Source: Clostridia bacterium (lineage in GTDB: Bacteria > Bacillota > Clostridia > Oscillospirales > Acutalibacteraceae). Taken from it: 64,000 bases of DNA. Below, piece by piece: positions 16,116 through 25,123 of the stretch. The notes under the pieces are model-generated. The model was not told the DNA's origin and did no database searches. It saw only the letters and a list, made by a program, of their open reading frames with translations. The position numbers were made by a program, and so were the translations under genes. Within the stretch, counting starts at the first letter, position 1, and every line of letters starts with the position of its first letter. The stretch is taken from contig JAFYLF010000045.1 of the NCBI GenBank assembly GCA_017537195.1, forward strand, positions 951-64,950, in the 5' to 3' direction.

Positions 16116-17069
16116 ATGAAAAAGATTTTAGCGATTTTATTAGCTGTTGCTATGCTTTTCTCTTTAACGGCTTGCGGTAGCAGCACTATGACAATGGGCA
16201 CAGGTAGCCCCACAGGTACATACTATGCTTATGGCGGTATTATCGGTCAGTACATAACAAACAATGCCGGTGTTACTGTTAACGCTGTATCAACAGGCGG
16301 TTCTAAAGACAACATTCAGGGTATCGACGCTGGTGACTATCAGTTAGGTACTGTTCAGTCCGATGTTATGCACTATGCTTGGAACGGAACCCGTTCTTTT
16401 GAAGAAGATGGAAAAATCGAGAGCTTCCGCACAGTAGCAGGTCTCTATGCAGAGGCAGTTCAGCTCGTTACAGTTAATCCTGACATTAAGTCCGTTGCTG
16501 ACTTAAAGGATAAGAAGGTATCTATCGGCGCTCCCGGTTCAGGTGTTTATTTCAATGCGGTTGACGTTCTTGCTGCTGCAGGACTTACCGAAAAGGATAT
16601 AAAACCCCAATACCAAAACTTCGACGAAAGCGCTGATGCTTTAAAAGACGGCAAAATCGACGCTGCATTTATCGTTGCAGGCGCTCCGACACCCGCTATC
16701 ACAGAACTTAGCTTGACTAATGCTAACACTCGTATCGTTCCGATAGACGGTGATATTGCTAAAAAACTTATGGAAGACAACACCTTCTATTCAGTTTATA
16801 AAATCCCTGCAAACACTTATAAGAATCAAACAGAGGATATTGAAAGTGTCACTGTTAAGGCTACATTAATAGTAAATGCTGATGCAAGTGAAGAGGATGT
16901 TTACAACTTGACAGCAGCTATATTTGAAAATATTGAAGCTATCACAAAAGAGCATGCAAAGGGTGCAGAATTAAGCCTTGAAAATGCTACTGACGGTCTT
17001 ACTGTACCTTTCCATGCAGGTGCTGCAAAGTACTTTAAAGAAAAAGGAATTGAAGTAGCAGTTAAGTAA
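16116..17069 (+). CDS. TAXI-family TRAP transporter solute-binding lipoprotein
   Basis: Lipobox signal (LFSLTACGS). GTGSPTGTYYAYGG motif characteristic of TAXI receptors. Followed by a fused TRAP permease. Confidence 0.8.
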   Translation: MKKILAILLAVAMLFSLTACGSSTMTMGTGSPTGTYYAYGGIIGQYITNNAGVTVNAVSTGGSKDNIQGIDAGDYQLGTVQSDVMHYAWNGTRSFEEDGKIESFRTVAGLYAEAVQLVTVNPDIKSVADLKDKKVSIGAPGSGVYFNAVDVLAAAGLTEKDIKPQYQNFDESADALKDGKIDAAFIVAGAPTPAITELSLTNANTRIVPIDGDIAKKLMEDNTFYSVYKIPANTYKNQTEDIESVTVKATLIVNADASEEDVYNLTAAIFENIEAITKEHAKGAELSLENATDGLTVPFHAGAAKYFKEKGIEVAVK

Positions 17070-17097
17070 TTAACTATTGTTAATTTTTTAAAAAGAG

Positions 17098-17130
17098 ATA
17101 GCTGCGGCATAAACAGTCGCAGCTATTTTA
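17098..17130 (+). terminator. intercistronic hairpin (partial terminator/stabiliser) between binding-protein and permease genes
   Basis: ATAGCTGCG GCATAAACAGT CGCAGCTAT followed by TTTA. Confidence 0.45.
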
Positions 17131-17154
17131 ATATTTTACTGAAAGGTAGGGAGT

Positions 17155-19107
17155 TTGTTGCTTTTCTCGAAAAAGACAGAACCTAAATCTAACGAGCCAA
17201 TGGATTTAGATGCTGTAATGAAAAAATTTGATAGAGAATCTAATGTAAGAGTATGGGAAGGCAAGGCGAAAATCGCAGTAAACTGTATTCTTGCGGCTTT
17301 TTCTCTTTTTTGTATTTATGTAACCTTTTTTGCTACTTGGCTTGATGCAATCAGGCTTTCAAGCTTTGTAGGCTCAATTGTATTTATCGGTTTCTTGGTT
17401 TATCCTGCTAAAAAGGGAACACAAAGGGTGAACTACATTCCGTGGTATGACATTGTTTTAATGTTAGCAGGCTCAGCTTCATTCTTCTATTATACTTTTG
17501 ATGCAATGACTATTATTCAGCAGGGTAACAGATTTGAATTACATCAAATATTGATTGGTGTAGTAGGAATACTTTGTTTATTAGAGCTTTGCAGACGCTG
17601 TGTGGGTATTCCCATCATTATTGTTGCGGCAGTTTTTATTGTTTATGCAATTGGCTGGGGACTTACAAACCCTGATATATTCCGTAGATTAGAGGGCTTG
17701 GTTGGAAAACTGTTCTATACTACCACTTCGGGTATTTTATCAACTCCCGTTAATACTTGCTCGAAATACATTGCAATATTTATAATTTTCGGCGCATTTC
17801 TTGAAAGAACAGGTATCGCCGATTTCTTCATAAAAATTTCCAACTCAGTTGTTGGCGGATTTTCGGGCGGACCTGCAAAGGTTGCAGTTGTAGCCTCGGC
17901 TATGGAGGGTATGGTTTCGGGTTCTTCGGTTGCTAATACTGTAGGTTCAGGCTCGGTTACTATTCCGCTTATGAAGAAGACGGGGTATAAGCCTGAATTT
18001 GCCGCTGCGGCAGAGGCTTCGGCTTCGACGGGCGGACAGATAATGCCTCCCATTATGGGTGCGGCTGCATTCCTTATGGCAGAAAATATTGGCGTGTCTT
18101 ATAGCAACATTGTTGTTCGTGCAATTTTACCTGCTTGCCTATATTTCTTGGGCGTGTTTATAGCAGTTCATTTAGAGGCTAAAAAGGAAGGTCTTCGTGG
18201 ACTTTCAAGAGAAGAATTACCAAGATTTTTACCCCTTTTAAAGCAAACATATTTACTTCTTCCGCTTATAATACTTATAGTTCTTGTAAGTTCGGGCTCA
18301 CGTTCAATAGCCTATGCTGCGGCTATTGCAATTATTGCAACCATTGTTGTAGGTATTTTCAATAAAGAAAACCGAATTACACCAAAACGTATCTTGGAAG
18401 CGCTTGCAGCAGGCGGACAGGGTATGATTACCGTTGCAGTTGCTTGCGGTGTGGCAGGTATAATTGCCGGTACCATTACAATGACAGGTCTTGCTACTAT
18501 GCTTATAAATGGTATTTTATCTCTTGCAGGCGATAAGGTTATTATTGCGCTCTTCCTAACAATGCTTACCTGTATAGTATTAGGTATGGGTGTTCCTACC
18601 ACTGCAAACTATTGCATTATGGCGGCAACTTGCGCACCTATTCTTATAAAAATGGGTGTTCCCGATTTGGCGGCGCATTTCTTCGTGTTCTATTTCGGTA
18701 TCGTAGCAGATTTGACTCCGCCCGTAGCATTGGCGGCTTATGCCGGTGCTGCTATTGCACAAGCAAACCCAATGAAAACTGCATTTACCTCAACAAAGCT
18801 TGCTATCGGCGCCTTTATAGTACCTTATGTATTTGCGCTTAACCCCGCAATGTTGTTTATAAATACAACAGTTCCTGAAGTTATTTTGATTTGCATAACT
18901 TCGTTTGTCGGTATATTTGCGGTATCTTCCGCACTGAGCGGATATTTCTTGCATAATATGAGATGGTATGAACGAATTGTAAGCGTAGTCGGTGGCTTAT
19001 TGCTTATTTACCCCGGTATTGTAACAGATGTAATCGGTGTTGCATTAGTTGGTATTGTTTTTGCAATTCAGACAATTACAAAAAAGAAAAATATAATAAA
19101 TGCATAA
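17155..19107 (+). CDS. TRAP transporter fused permease (TAXI-associated DctQ/DctM-type)
   Basis: 650-aa polytopic protein directly after the TAXI receptor. Gly/Ala-rich TM helices typical of the fused 4TM/12TM permease. TTG start after AGGTAGGGAG. The exact start is uncertain. Confidence 0.8.
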   Translation: MLLFSKKTEPKSNEPMDLDAVMKKFDRESNVRVWEGKAKIAVNCILAAFSLFCIYVTFFATWLDAIRLSSFVGSIVFIGFLVYPAKKGTQRVNYIPWYDIVLMLAGSASFFYYTFDAMTIIQQGNRFELHQILIGVVGILCLLELCRRCVGIPIIIVAAVFIVYAIGWGLTNPDIFRRLEGLVGKLFYTTTSGILSTPVNTCSKYIAIFIIFGAFLERTGIADFFIKISNSVVGGFSGGPAKVAVVASAMEGMVSGSSVANTVGSGSVTIPLMKKTGYKPEFAAAAEASASTGGQIMPPIMGAAAFLMAENIGVSYSNIVVRAILPACLYFLGVFIAVHLEAKKEGLRGLSREELPRFLPLLKQTYLLLPLIILIVLVSSGSRSIAYAAAIAIIATIVVGIFNKENRITPKRILEALAAGGQGMITVAVACGVAGIIAGTITMTGLATMLINGILSLAGDKVIIALFLTMLTCIVLGMGVPTTANYCIMAATCAPILIKMGVPDLAAHFFVFYFGIVADLTPPVALAAYAGAAIAQANPMKTAFTSTKLAIGAFIVPYVFALNPAMLFINTTVPEVILICITSFVGIFAVSSALSGYFLHNMRWYERIVSVVGGLLLIYPGIVTDVIGVALVGIVFAIQTITKKKNIINA

Positions 19108-19109
19108 AT

Positions 19110-19137
19110 AAAAAATGAGCCGCAAGGCTCATTTTTT
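19110..19137. terminator. bidirectional terminator
   Basis: AAAAAATGAGCC GCAA GGCTCATTTTTT between convergent genes. Confidence 0.7.
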
Positions 19138-19503
19138 ATTTGCAATTCGATTTGTCTTTTTAAATAATTCTGAAATTCCCATTAAAATCAATAATCCGCC
19201 GAAGATTTTGCGTGTGATATCGCCGCCTAATACATCAGCTAAAAGTATTCCTATTATAGCGCCGATAATGCCGAATACCGCAATTTTTAAAGTGGGTTTC
19301 CATTTAATTTGTTTTTTTATGGAATATATTATTATTGATAAAATACCGATAGGAATGAAGAATAAAAGATTTATGCCTTGCGCAGTTAATTGTTTGGTAT
19401 CGGTAAAAAGGGCAAGGTAGATTATAAGAATACCGCCGCCGCCAAGTCCCATACTGCCGAGTATTCCTGAAAAAAGCCCTGCTAAAAGGGCGGAGATATT
19501 CAT
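19129..19503 (-). CDS. TauE/SafE (TSUP) family half-size membrane protein
   Basis: 124 aa, 4 TM. GxGGG motifs (GSMGLGGGGILIIYL). Confidence 0.7.
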   Translation of the reverse strand: MNISALLAGLFSGILGSMGLGGGGILIIYLALFTDTKQLTAQGINLLFFIPIGILSIIIYSIKKQIKWKPTLKIAVFGIIGAIIGILLADVLGGDITRKIFGGLLILMGISELFKKTNRIANKK

Positions 19504-19865
19504 TTAAGCAGCAGGCGTACGCCTGCGTAAATCATAAGTGCGCCGAAAATTCGCTTAAGCCATTTTGGAGAAATTTTTTTGAGCAAATATGTGCCTATAA
19601 CAGCGCCTAATAGCCCTGTTGGTATATAGATTAAAGCATCGCTTAAATCGGTATAATCTTTATACAAATATATAAAAGCTGAAATAATGGTTATGGGTAA
19701 AATTATTGCAATGGCATTTGTATGCGATTCTTTTTGTGAAAAACCCAATTTTTTAAGAAATGGAACGGCAAGCATACCGCCACCGGCCCCCAAAATTCCG
19801 TTTACAAAGCCGATGCAAAGTCCTGCTGCGGCACCTTGGAGGTTTTGTTTTGTCTTTTCTTTCAT
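19500..19865 (-). CDS. TauE/SafE (TSUP) family half-size membrane protein
   Basis: 121 aa, 4 TM. GILGAGGGMLAVPFL motif. Overlaps the downstream half-gene by 4 nt (ATGA). Confidence 0.7.
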   Translation of the reverse strand: MKEKTKQNLQGAAAGLCIGFVNGILGAGGGMLAVPFLKKLGFSQKESHTNAIAIILPITIISAFIYLYKDYTDLSDALIYIPTGLLGAVIGTYLLKKISPKWLKRIFGALMIYAGVRLLLK

Positions 19866-19984
19866 AACTTCAACCTTTCTTTAAATTATTTTATCCAAAA
19901 AGTAAACAAATAGTAAAAAATAAAAAATCGGTTGAAAAGGTGGCGCAAATATGCTAAAATTACGCTAAAGAAGGAAGTGTTAAA

Positions 19985-20710
19985 ATGGGCGAGAAACGTA
20001 ATGAAATTATAGAAGAACAGCGCAAAGCGAGAGAGGAATTTTTGAGGTTAAAAAAAATGCAGCAAGGTGAAATCGAGCCTGAGGCAAAACCAAGCGAGGT
20101 TGCTATAAAACCCCGTACTTTCAGTGAAAAATTCAGTAATTTTTGGTATCACTTTAAATTTCAAACCATACTGGTGCTTATTATTTGTGTTTTGTTGTCT
20201 ATTGTAACGGTACAGTGTGCCACACGCGAAAAATTTGATTTTTCGGTCTTGTATTTTACATATACTCCGACAATAGATACTCAGCTTGACAGTGTGGAAG
20301 AATATTTCGAAAAATATGCAACCGATATTGACGGTAACGGTGAGGTTAATATTCAGGTTGTAAACTGCAGTGTAAGCGATAGTAACCGAGATGCTGGACG
20401 TAATACAATGTTTGCAAAGGTGCAGTCGGTTTTAGTGGCGGAGCATTCGACAGTGCTTTTTGTTATAGATGATAAAGCAAAGCAGTATTTTGACGATGCG
20501 TTTGATTATTCAATTTTTGTGGAAGAACCTATTAAATTGGGTGATGAGTTCTATGAGCAGGTCGCAGATGAAAAATTGCCTTTGCCGAAAGATTTAATGT
20601 TGGGACTCAGAATTATTAAAAACACCGGCTTTGAGGGAGATAAGGAAGCCGAAAAGATTTTTTTGGAAGGCCAAAAAGTTTTAGAAAAAATAAAAAAGCA
20701 AAACGGTTAA
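19985..20710 (+). CDS. hypothetical membrane-anchored protein (241 aa)
   Basis: Charged N-terminus, one TM segment (FQTILVLIICVLLSIVTV), then a globular domain. No family recognised. Confidence 0.5.
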   Translation: MGEKRNEIIEEQRKAREEFLRLKKMQQGEIEPEAKPSEVAIKPRTFSEKFSNFWYHFKFQTILVLIICVLLSIVTVQCATREKFDFSVLYFTYTPTIDTQLDSVEEYFEKYATDIDGNGEVNIQVVNCSVSDSNRDAGRNTMFAKVQSVLVAEHSTVLFVIDDKAKQYFDDAFDYSIFVEEPIKLGDEFYEQVADEKLPLPKDLMLGLRIIKNTGFEGDKEAEKIFLEGQKVLEKIKKQNG

Positions 20711-20727
20711 TTCCGTTTTGCTTTTTC
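20694..20727. terminator. palindromic terminator overlapping two convergent stop codons
   Basis: AAAAAGCAAAACGG TTAATT CCGTTTTGCTTTTT. Confidence 0.65.
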
Positions 20728-21486
20728 TGATGTTAAGGGGAATTCCATATTAAGCATTTTGTATTTGGCGCCGGCTACTTCGTTTTCGGGGAGCTTTTCC
20801 CAAGTGGAGTTGCCAATTATTTTTTCTATAGCCTCAAGGTTTTCTTTAGTGTCAGTAATGCCTGAAATAAGCGGAGTTCTAATGATATAAGTCTTACCGC
20901 TGTTCTTTAAAATCTCAAAATTTTCGAGTATTTGTTCATTGCCGACACCGGTGTAATATTTATGCTTTTCGCTGTCAGCGAGTTTTATATCCATTATCAC
21001 AAGGTCGAGTTTTTCTATTACCTTTTTAAAGGTTTCGCTATCGGTGTAACCGCTGGTTTCAATGCAAAGGTGGAAGTCTTTTAATTCTTCCATTAGTTCC
21101 AGTAAAAACTCACTTTGCATTAGCGGTTCACCGCCCGAAAATGTAAAACCGCCAAAATCATCACCCAATACAGAAGCTGAAGGGATAACTTCATTTGCTA
21201 CCTCTTTGGCTGAAACATTTCTGCCTGCTATACTTAAGCAATTTTCGGGGCAGATATGTACGCATCTTGAAAACGGCTGACATTCGGGGTGGTCGCATTT
21301 TTTCATACATTTACCACAATTTTTGCAGTTGTTACATTTGTACATCAGTTGCGGTTTTATACTTAAACCTTCAGGATTGTGGCACCACATACAGCGAAGC
21401 GGACAGCCCTTTAGAAATATAGTGGTTCTTATCCCAGGGCCGTCATGTACCGCCATTTCTTTAATATCAAAAATTGTTCCGTTCAT
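20707..21486 (-). CDS. glycyl-radical enzyme activating protein (radical SAM)
   Basis: GIRTTIFLKGCPLRCMWCHNPE (CX3CX2C) plus a Cys-rich ferredoxin-like insert (CNNCKNCGKCMKKC ... CVHICPENC), as in non-PFL GRE activases. Confidence 0.9.
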   Translation of the reverse strand: MNGTIFDIKEMAVHDGPGIRTTIFLKGCPLRCMWCHNPEGLSIKPQLMYKCNNCKNCGKCMKKCDHPECQPFSRCVHICPENCLSIAGRNVSAKEVANEVIPSASVLGDDFGGFTFSGGEPLMQSEFLLELMEELKDFHLCIETSGYTDSETFKKVIEKLDLVIMDIKLADSEKHKYYTGVGNEQILENFEILKNSGKTYIIRTPLISGITDTKENLEAIEKIIGNSTWEKLPENEVAGAKYKMLNMEFPLTSEKAKRN

Positions 21487-21489
21487 AAT

Positions 21490-22221
21490 TTAAAATAAAG
21501 CCAACTTTACAGCACGGTAATTATATTCGGCAATTTTTTTGCCACCGTTACTGTTGGGGTGTAGTCCGTCAATTAAGTCGCGACCGTTTTGTTCTTTTAT
21601 TTCGTAAATACCGCAAATTCCACAGTTGAATGTATCTACAAACATAACGTCTGAAATTCTGTCACATACTGCTTTGATAACCTCGCCTTTGAGCTTGGTT
21701 GATTTGTAGCTACGGAGAGCTTCGCACGCTTGGATAGGGGAGCAGTAGAAGATTTTGGCATTTGGATAAAGTCTTCTTAAATGCTCGTAAGCGTAACGCA
21801 TGGCACCTGCCCAAGTTGTACGGTCAACAAGTTCTAACGGTAGGGGTGATAAATCTTCTTTTACAAACTGACTGTTGATTTGTTCATTAGTTAAAGGAAG
21901 TTGTTCACCGCCATCGTTAGTGCCCACTGAAACTATAATAACGTCAAAATCTTGGAATTTATCATCTTTTTGGTAAAGTGGATGGGTTTGGTCTTTTGCG
22001 CGTAGCAGTTTTTCAACCTGATTACAAAGGGTGTTATTTGGTCCGCCACTGTCGGATAGACGGAATATAGGATTTCCGTCTAAAACGGTGTTATGTCTGT
22101 CGCGCCAAGTAGCCGAGCTTACCGCAATGTTAACGCTAAGCTCAGGCTTCATAATGTTATTAAAATGCTCTACCCAAACGCCGAGAGCTGTGATACTGTC
22201 ACCCATAAAAAGAACTTTCAT
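21490..22221 (-). CDS. SGNH/GDSL family hydrolase (esterase)
   Basis: Block I FMGDSIT, block III VGTNDG, block V DGLHPN. 243 aa, no signal peptide. Confidence 0.8.
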   Translation of the reverse strand: MKVLFMGDSITALGVWVEHFNNIMKPELSVNIAVSSATWRDRHNTVLDGNPIFRLSDSGGPNNTLCNQVEKLLRAKDQTHPLYQKDDKFQDFDVIIVSVGTNDGGEQLPLTNEQINSQFVKEDLSPLPLELVDRTTWAGAMRYAYEHLRRLYPNAKIFYCSPIQACEALRSYKSTKLKGEVIKAVCDRISDVMFVDTFNCGICGIYEIKEQNGRDLIDGLHPNSNGGKKIAEYNYRAVKLALF

Positions 22222-22230
22222 AAATTACTC

Positions 22231-24216
22231 CTAAATTTTATATGCCTGACGGGCAATTACGTGGTCTTGATATTCTTTATCGAGTTCAACAAAGTATGCG
22301 CTCCAACCCCAGATACGAACAACCAATTGTTTGTAGTTTTCGGGGTGTGCCTGAGCGTCAAGAAGTTGCTCGGTGTTAACGGTATTAAGCTGTAATTGAT
22401 GACCGCCAAGTTCAATATAACGTTTAACAAGAGCAGCAACCTTTTCAATACCGTCTTCATCTGCAAATACGCTTTGGTGGAATTCGAGTGTCAGCGGTCC
22501 GCCGTTTATAGCATTTTCAAAGTGCTGCTTGGTCATTGAAGCTATAACCGAAACGGGACCCTTAACCTTTGCGAAAAGGCTTACCGAATAGTTAGTACCA
22601 AAGGGTTCTTTATCTCGTCTGCCGTCAGCAGAAGCTCCGATTTCATTAGCGTGCCAGAGGTAGAACATAGCGCTGCCGGTACCTGCTCTATAGATGCCGC
22701 CGCGGCAGTTTACTCTGCCTTCAAGGCATTTAGCGAAGCTATCCAAAAGATCGGTTGCGATAGAGTCAACATAGTCATCGTTGTTGCCGAGCTTTGGCGA
22801 TTCATAGCGAAGAATTGGTAAAAGCTCGCTATGTTTTTCAAAGTTACTATCAATTGCTTCTAAAAGGGTTTGCTTATCAATAGCTTTTTCTTCAAAAACA
22901 TATTTCTTAATAGCAGCCAAAGAGTCAGCGCCTGTGGCGATACCTGTGCCGTGAATACCAAAGTTGTTATATTTTGAACCCTCGGCAACATTGCAACCCA
23001 TAAGCACATTCATAAATGGAGAGGGTACAAACCAAAGGTCTTTTATTCCGTCACAAATACGGTCACATTCGTTATTTATTTCTTCAACAACTTTTTGGAA
23101 GAAATCATCATAGGTTTCACATTCCATAAAACCGTTATGCAAAACTGTATCAACAGCCTTTGGATATGACATTGCGCCGATATTATCAACATCTGCGCCA
23201 ACGCTTGGAATAATAAATTCCCAACAAGCCGCAACGGCATAGTTTACGGCATCATTATGCTCATATCCCAATTTTTCAAGCGCAGGAATAACAATATCAT
23301 CATTTGAATATTGAGGGAAGCCAAGCCCTGCTTTTGTTAAATGTGTGCCCTTAACGTAAATTTCTTTGGGTGTATCTTTATTAACACGAAGATTAATTTT
23401 TGGGTCGATAAGTTTATTATTGCAGGAAGCCTCCATACAAAGCTCGGTTAAAAGGTTGAAGATATATTCGCCGTTTTCGTCTATACCGCCGAGCATCATA
23501 CTCTGTCCATTGTCACCTTGCTGAACACCCACATAAATATCGCTATCCTTATTGAAAGAAAGGAAGAAATCTTCAAGCAATTCGAGAGCGGTTTCTCTGG
23601 TGTAAACGCCTTTTTCAATATCTGCTTTCAAGTAAGGATACATATATTTATCAAATCTGCCGATTGTATTATGGTAGTTACCTTCAAGCCATAAAGCATA
23701 ATGTAAAATACGGAAGAACTGAAGCGCTTCACGGAAATTGCGAGCAGGATAACGCGGTACTTGTGTTAAAATCTCAACCAAGTCTTCTCTGTTCTGTCTT
23801 TTTGCTTCTTCTAAATATTTGTCAGAAAGTTTTATGATATTATCAATAGCACGTTTGCTATATTCGTCGGCTTCTTCACGCTTCTTTAGTAAGCCAGAAG
23901 AAATTGTATCATAATAATTGGGGGATAAATTTGAAATATAGCCAAGTTCGTGAATATAATATCTTTCTTTTAAATCAGTCCATTCTTTTTCAGTAAAGCA
24001 ATCAGGAAGATTAGAAACAGTACGCAAAAATACAATTTTTTCGTCAGGCAAAATAACCGCTTTTTCTTCATCGGTAATACGCTCAAAGCGGTCTGCCATA
24101 CGCTCAATGGGAGCAAGACCTTTTTGTGCATATTCTTTGCCTAAATTCCAGTCAACAGTGTGACGGTATTGATGGTGTTCCTTGTTTACAATGAAATTAT
24201 ATAGGTTTTTATTCAT
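22231..24216 (-). CDS. glycyl radical enzyme, PFL2/eliminase-like, unusually short (661 aa), substrate unknown
   Basis: C-terminal glycine motif LVVRIWGWSAYFVELDKEYQDHVIAR (Gly codon 22306-22308). Cys loop AVAACWEF (Cys codon 23224-23226). FREALQFFRILHYALWLEG and GRFDKYMYPYLK blocks resemble dehydratase-type GREs. Confidence 0.85.
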   Translation of the reverse strand: MNKNLYNFIVNKEHHQYRHTVDWNLGKEYAQKGLAPIERMADRFERITDEEKAVILPDEKIVFLRTVSNLPDCFTEKEWTDLKERYYIHELGYISNLSPNYYDTISSGLLKKREEADEYSKRAIDNIIKLSDKYLEEAKRQNREDLVEILTQVPRYPARNFREALQFFRILHYALWLEGNYHNTIGRFDKYMYPYLKADIEKGVYTRETALELLEDFFLSFNKDSDIYVGVQQGDNGQSMMLGGIDENGEYIFNLLTELCMEASCNNKLIDPKINLRVNKDTPKEIYVKGTHLTKAGLGFPQYSNDDIVIPALEKLGYEHNDAVNYAVAACWEFIIPSVGADVDNIGAMSYPKAVDTVLHNGFMECETYDDFFQKVVEEINNECDRICDGIKDLWFVPSPFMNVLMGCNVAEGSKYNNFGIHGTGIATGADSLAAIKKYVFEEKAIDKQTLLEAIDSNFEKHSELLPILRYESPKLGNNDDYVDSIATDLLDSFAKCLEGRVNCRGGIYRAGTGSAMFYLWHANEIGASADGRRDKEPFGTNYSVSLFAKVKGPVSVIASMTKQHFENAINGGPLTLEFHQSVFADEDGIEKVAALVKRYIELGGHQLQLNTVNTEQLLDAQAHPENYKQLVVRIWGWSAYFVELDKEYQDHVIARQAYKI

Positions 24217-24263
24217 ATAAATTTTCTCCTATTACATCTATATTTTAAATATACAGCAAAATC

Positions 24264-24293
24264 TTGACATTTTCACGCTGAATTTAGTATAAT
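24264..24293 (+). promoter_or_regulatory. sigma-A type promoter for the AraC regulator
   Basis: TTGACA (24264-24269), 18-nt spacer, TATAAT (24288-24293). Confidence 0.55.
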
Positions 24294-24326
24294 ATAAGCA
24301 GAATTTTATCTTTTAGAGGTGTTTTT

Positions 24327-25109
24327 ATGTTATTTCATCAATCAATCAACTCGTCTTCTAACTATAATTACAACATATCTTTTTATAGCGACGATATTTG
24401 GGAACACCATTTTCATAAAAATTTAGAGCTTATATATGTTATTGAAGGCTCGGTCAACTGCACAATAAATGATAAGAACTACCTTTTAACTGCAGGTGAA
24501 TTTGGGTTGTGTTTGCCATACGATATTCACTCTTATAAACCGCAGGAAAACACAACATACTGGGTATTGGTTTTTTCGGATGATTTTGTTCGTTTTTTCT
24601 CAAAGAAAATAAAAAATAAAATCAGTGACGGTTACTCCTTTGTTGCTAAAGACGAAATTAAAAATTATATAATTTCACAACTTATAAACAACAAAAATCC
24701 TTCAATATTCACTTTAAAATCTTGCCTTTATGCAATTTGTGAAGAATATTTAAATTCTGTTAAACTTGTTGATAAAAACCGAAGTCATAGCGAAGCGGTT
24801 TCAGCTATTGTAGATTTCGTTGCCGAAAACCATACTAAAAAAATTACACTTACAGATATTGCAAAAGAGCTCGGTTACGACTATAACTATATGTCGCGTC
24901 ATTTTAAAAATATTTTTAATATTACATTTACCGACTTTATAAATATGTATCGGTTAGAAACAGCAATAAAGCTTTTAGACGAAACAAATAACAGCATAAC
25001 CGATATTGCATTTGAAAGCGGTTTTCAAAGTGTTCGCAGTTTTCACAGCTTTTTTAAAAAATCAATGAACATAAGCCCCACGGAATATAGAAAAGCATCC
25101 CGAAAATAA
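24327..25109 (+). CDS. AraC family transcriptional regulator (cupin + HTH)
   Basis: 260 aa. C-terminal AraC HTH (ITDIAFESGFQSVRSFHSFFKKSMNISPTEYRK). Divergent from the GRE operon. Confidence 0.8.
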   Translation: MLFHQSINSSSNYNYNISFYSDDIWEHHFHKNLELIYVIEGSVNCTINDKNYLLTAGEFGLCLPYDIHSYKPQENTTYWVLVFSDDFVRFFSKKIKNKISDGYSFVAKDEIKNYIISQLINNKNPSIFTLKSCLYAICEEYLNSVKLVDKNRSHSEAVSAIVDFVAENHTKKITLTDIAKELGYDYNYMSRHFKNIFNITFTDFINMYRLETAIKLLDETNNSITDIAFESGFQSVRSFHSFFKKSMNISPTEYRKASRK

Positions 25110-25121
25110 CGGGATGCTTTT
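25091..25121. terminator. palindromic terminator between convergent genes
   Basis: AAAAGCATCCCG AAAATAA CGGGATGCTTTT. It overlaps the AraC stop codon. Confidence 0.65.
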
Positions 25122-25123
25122 AA

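Noticed and set aside
17715-18602. Minus-strand ORFs of 112 and 96 aa inside the TRAP permease gene
   Set aside because: They are antisense to a long, well-supported membrane-protein ORF. The Ala/Pro/Thr-rich translations are typical of the reverse frame of Gly/Ala-rich TM coding sequence.
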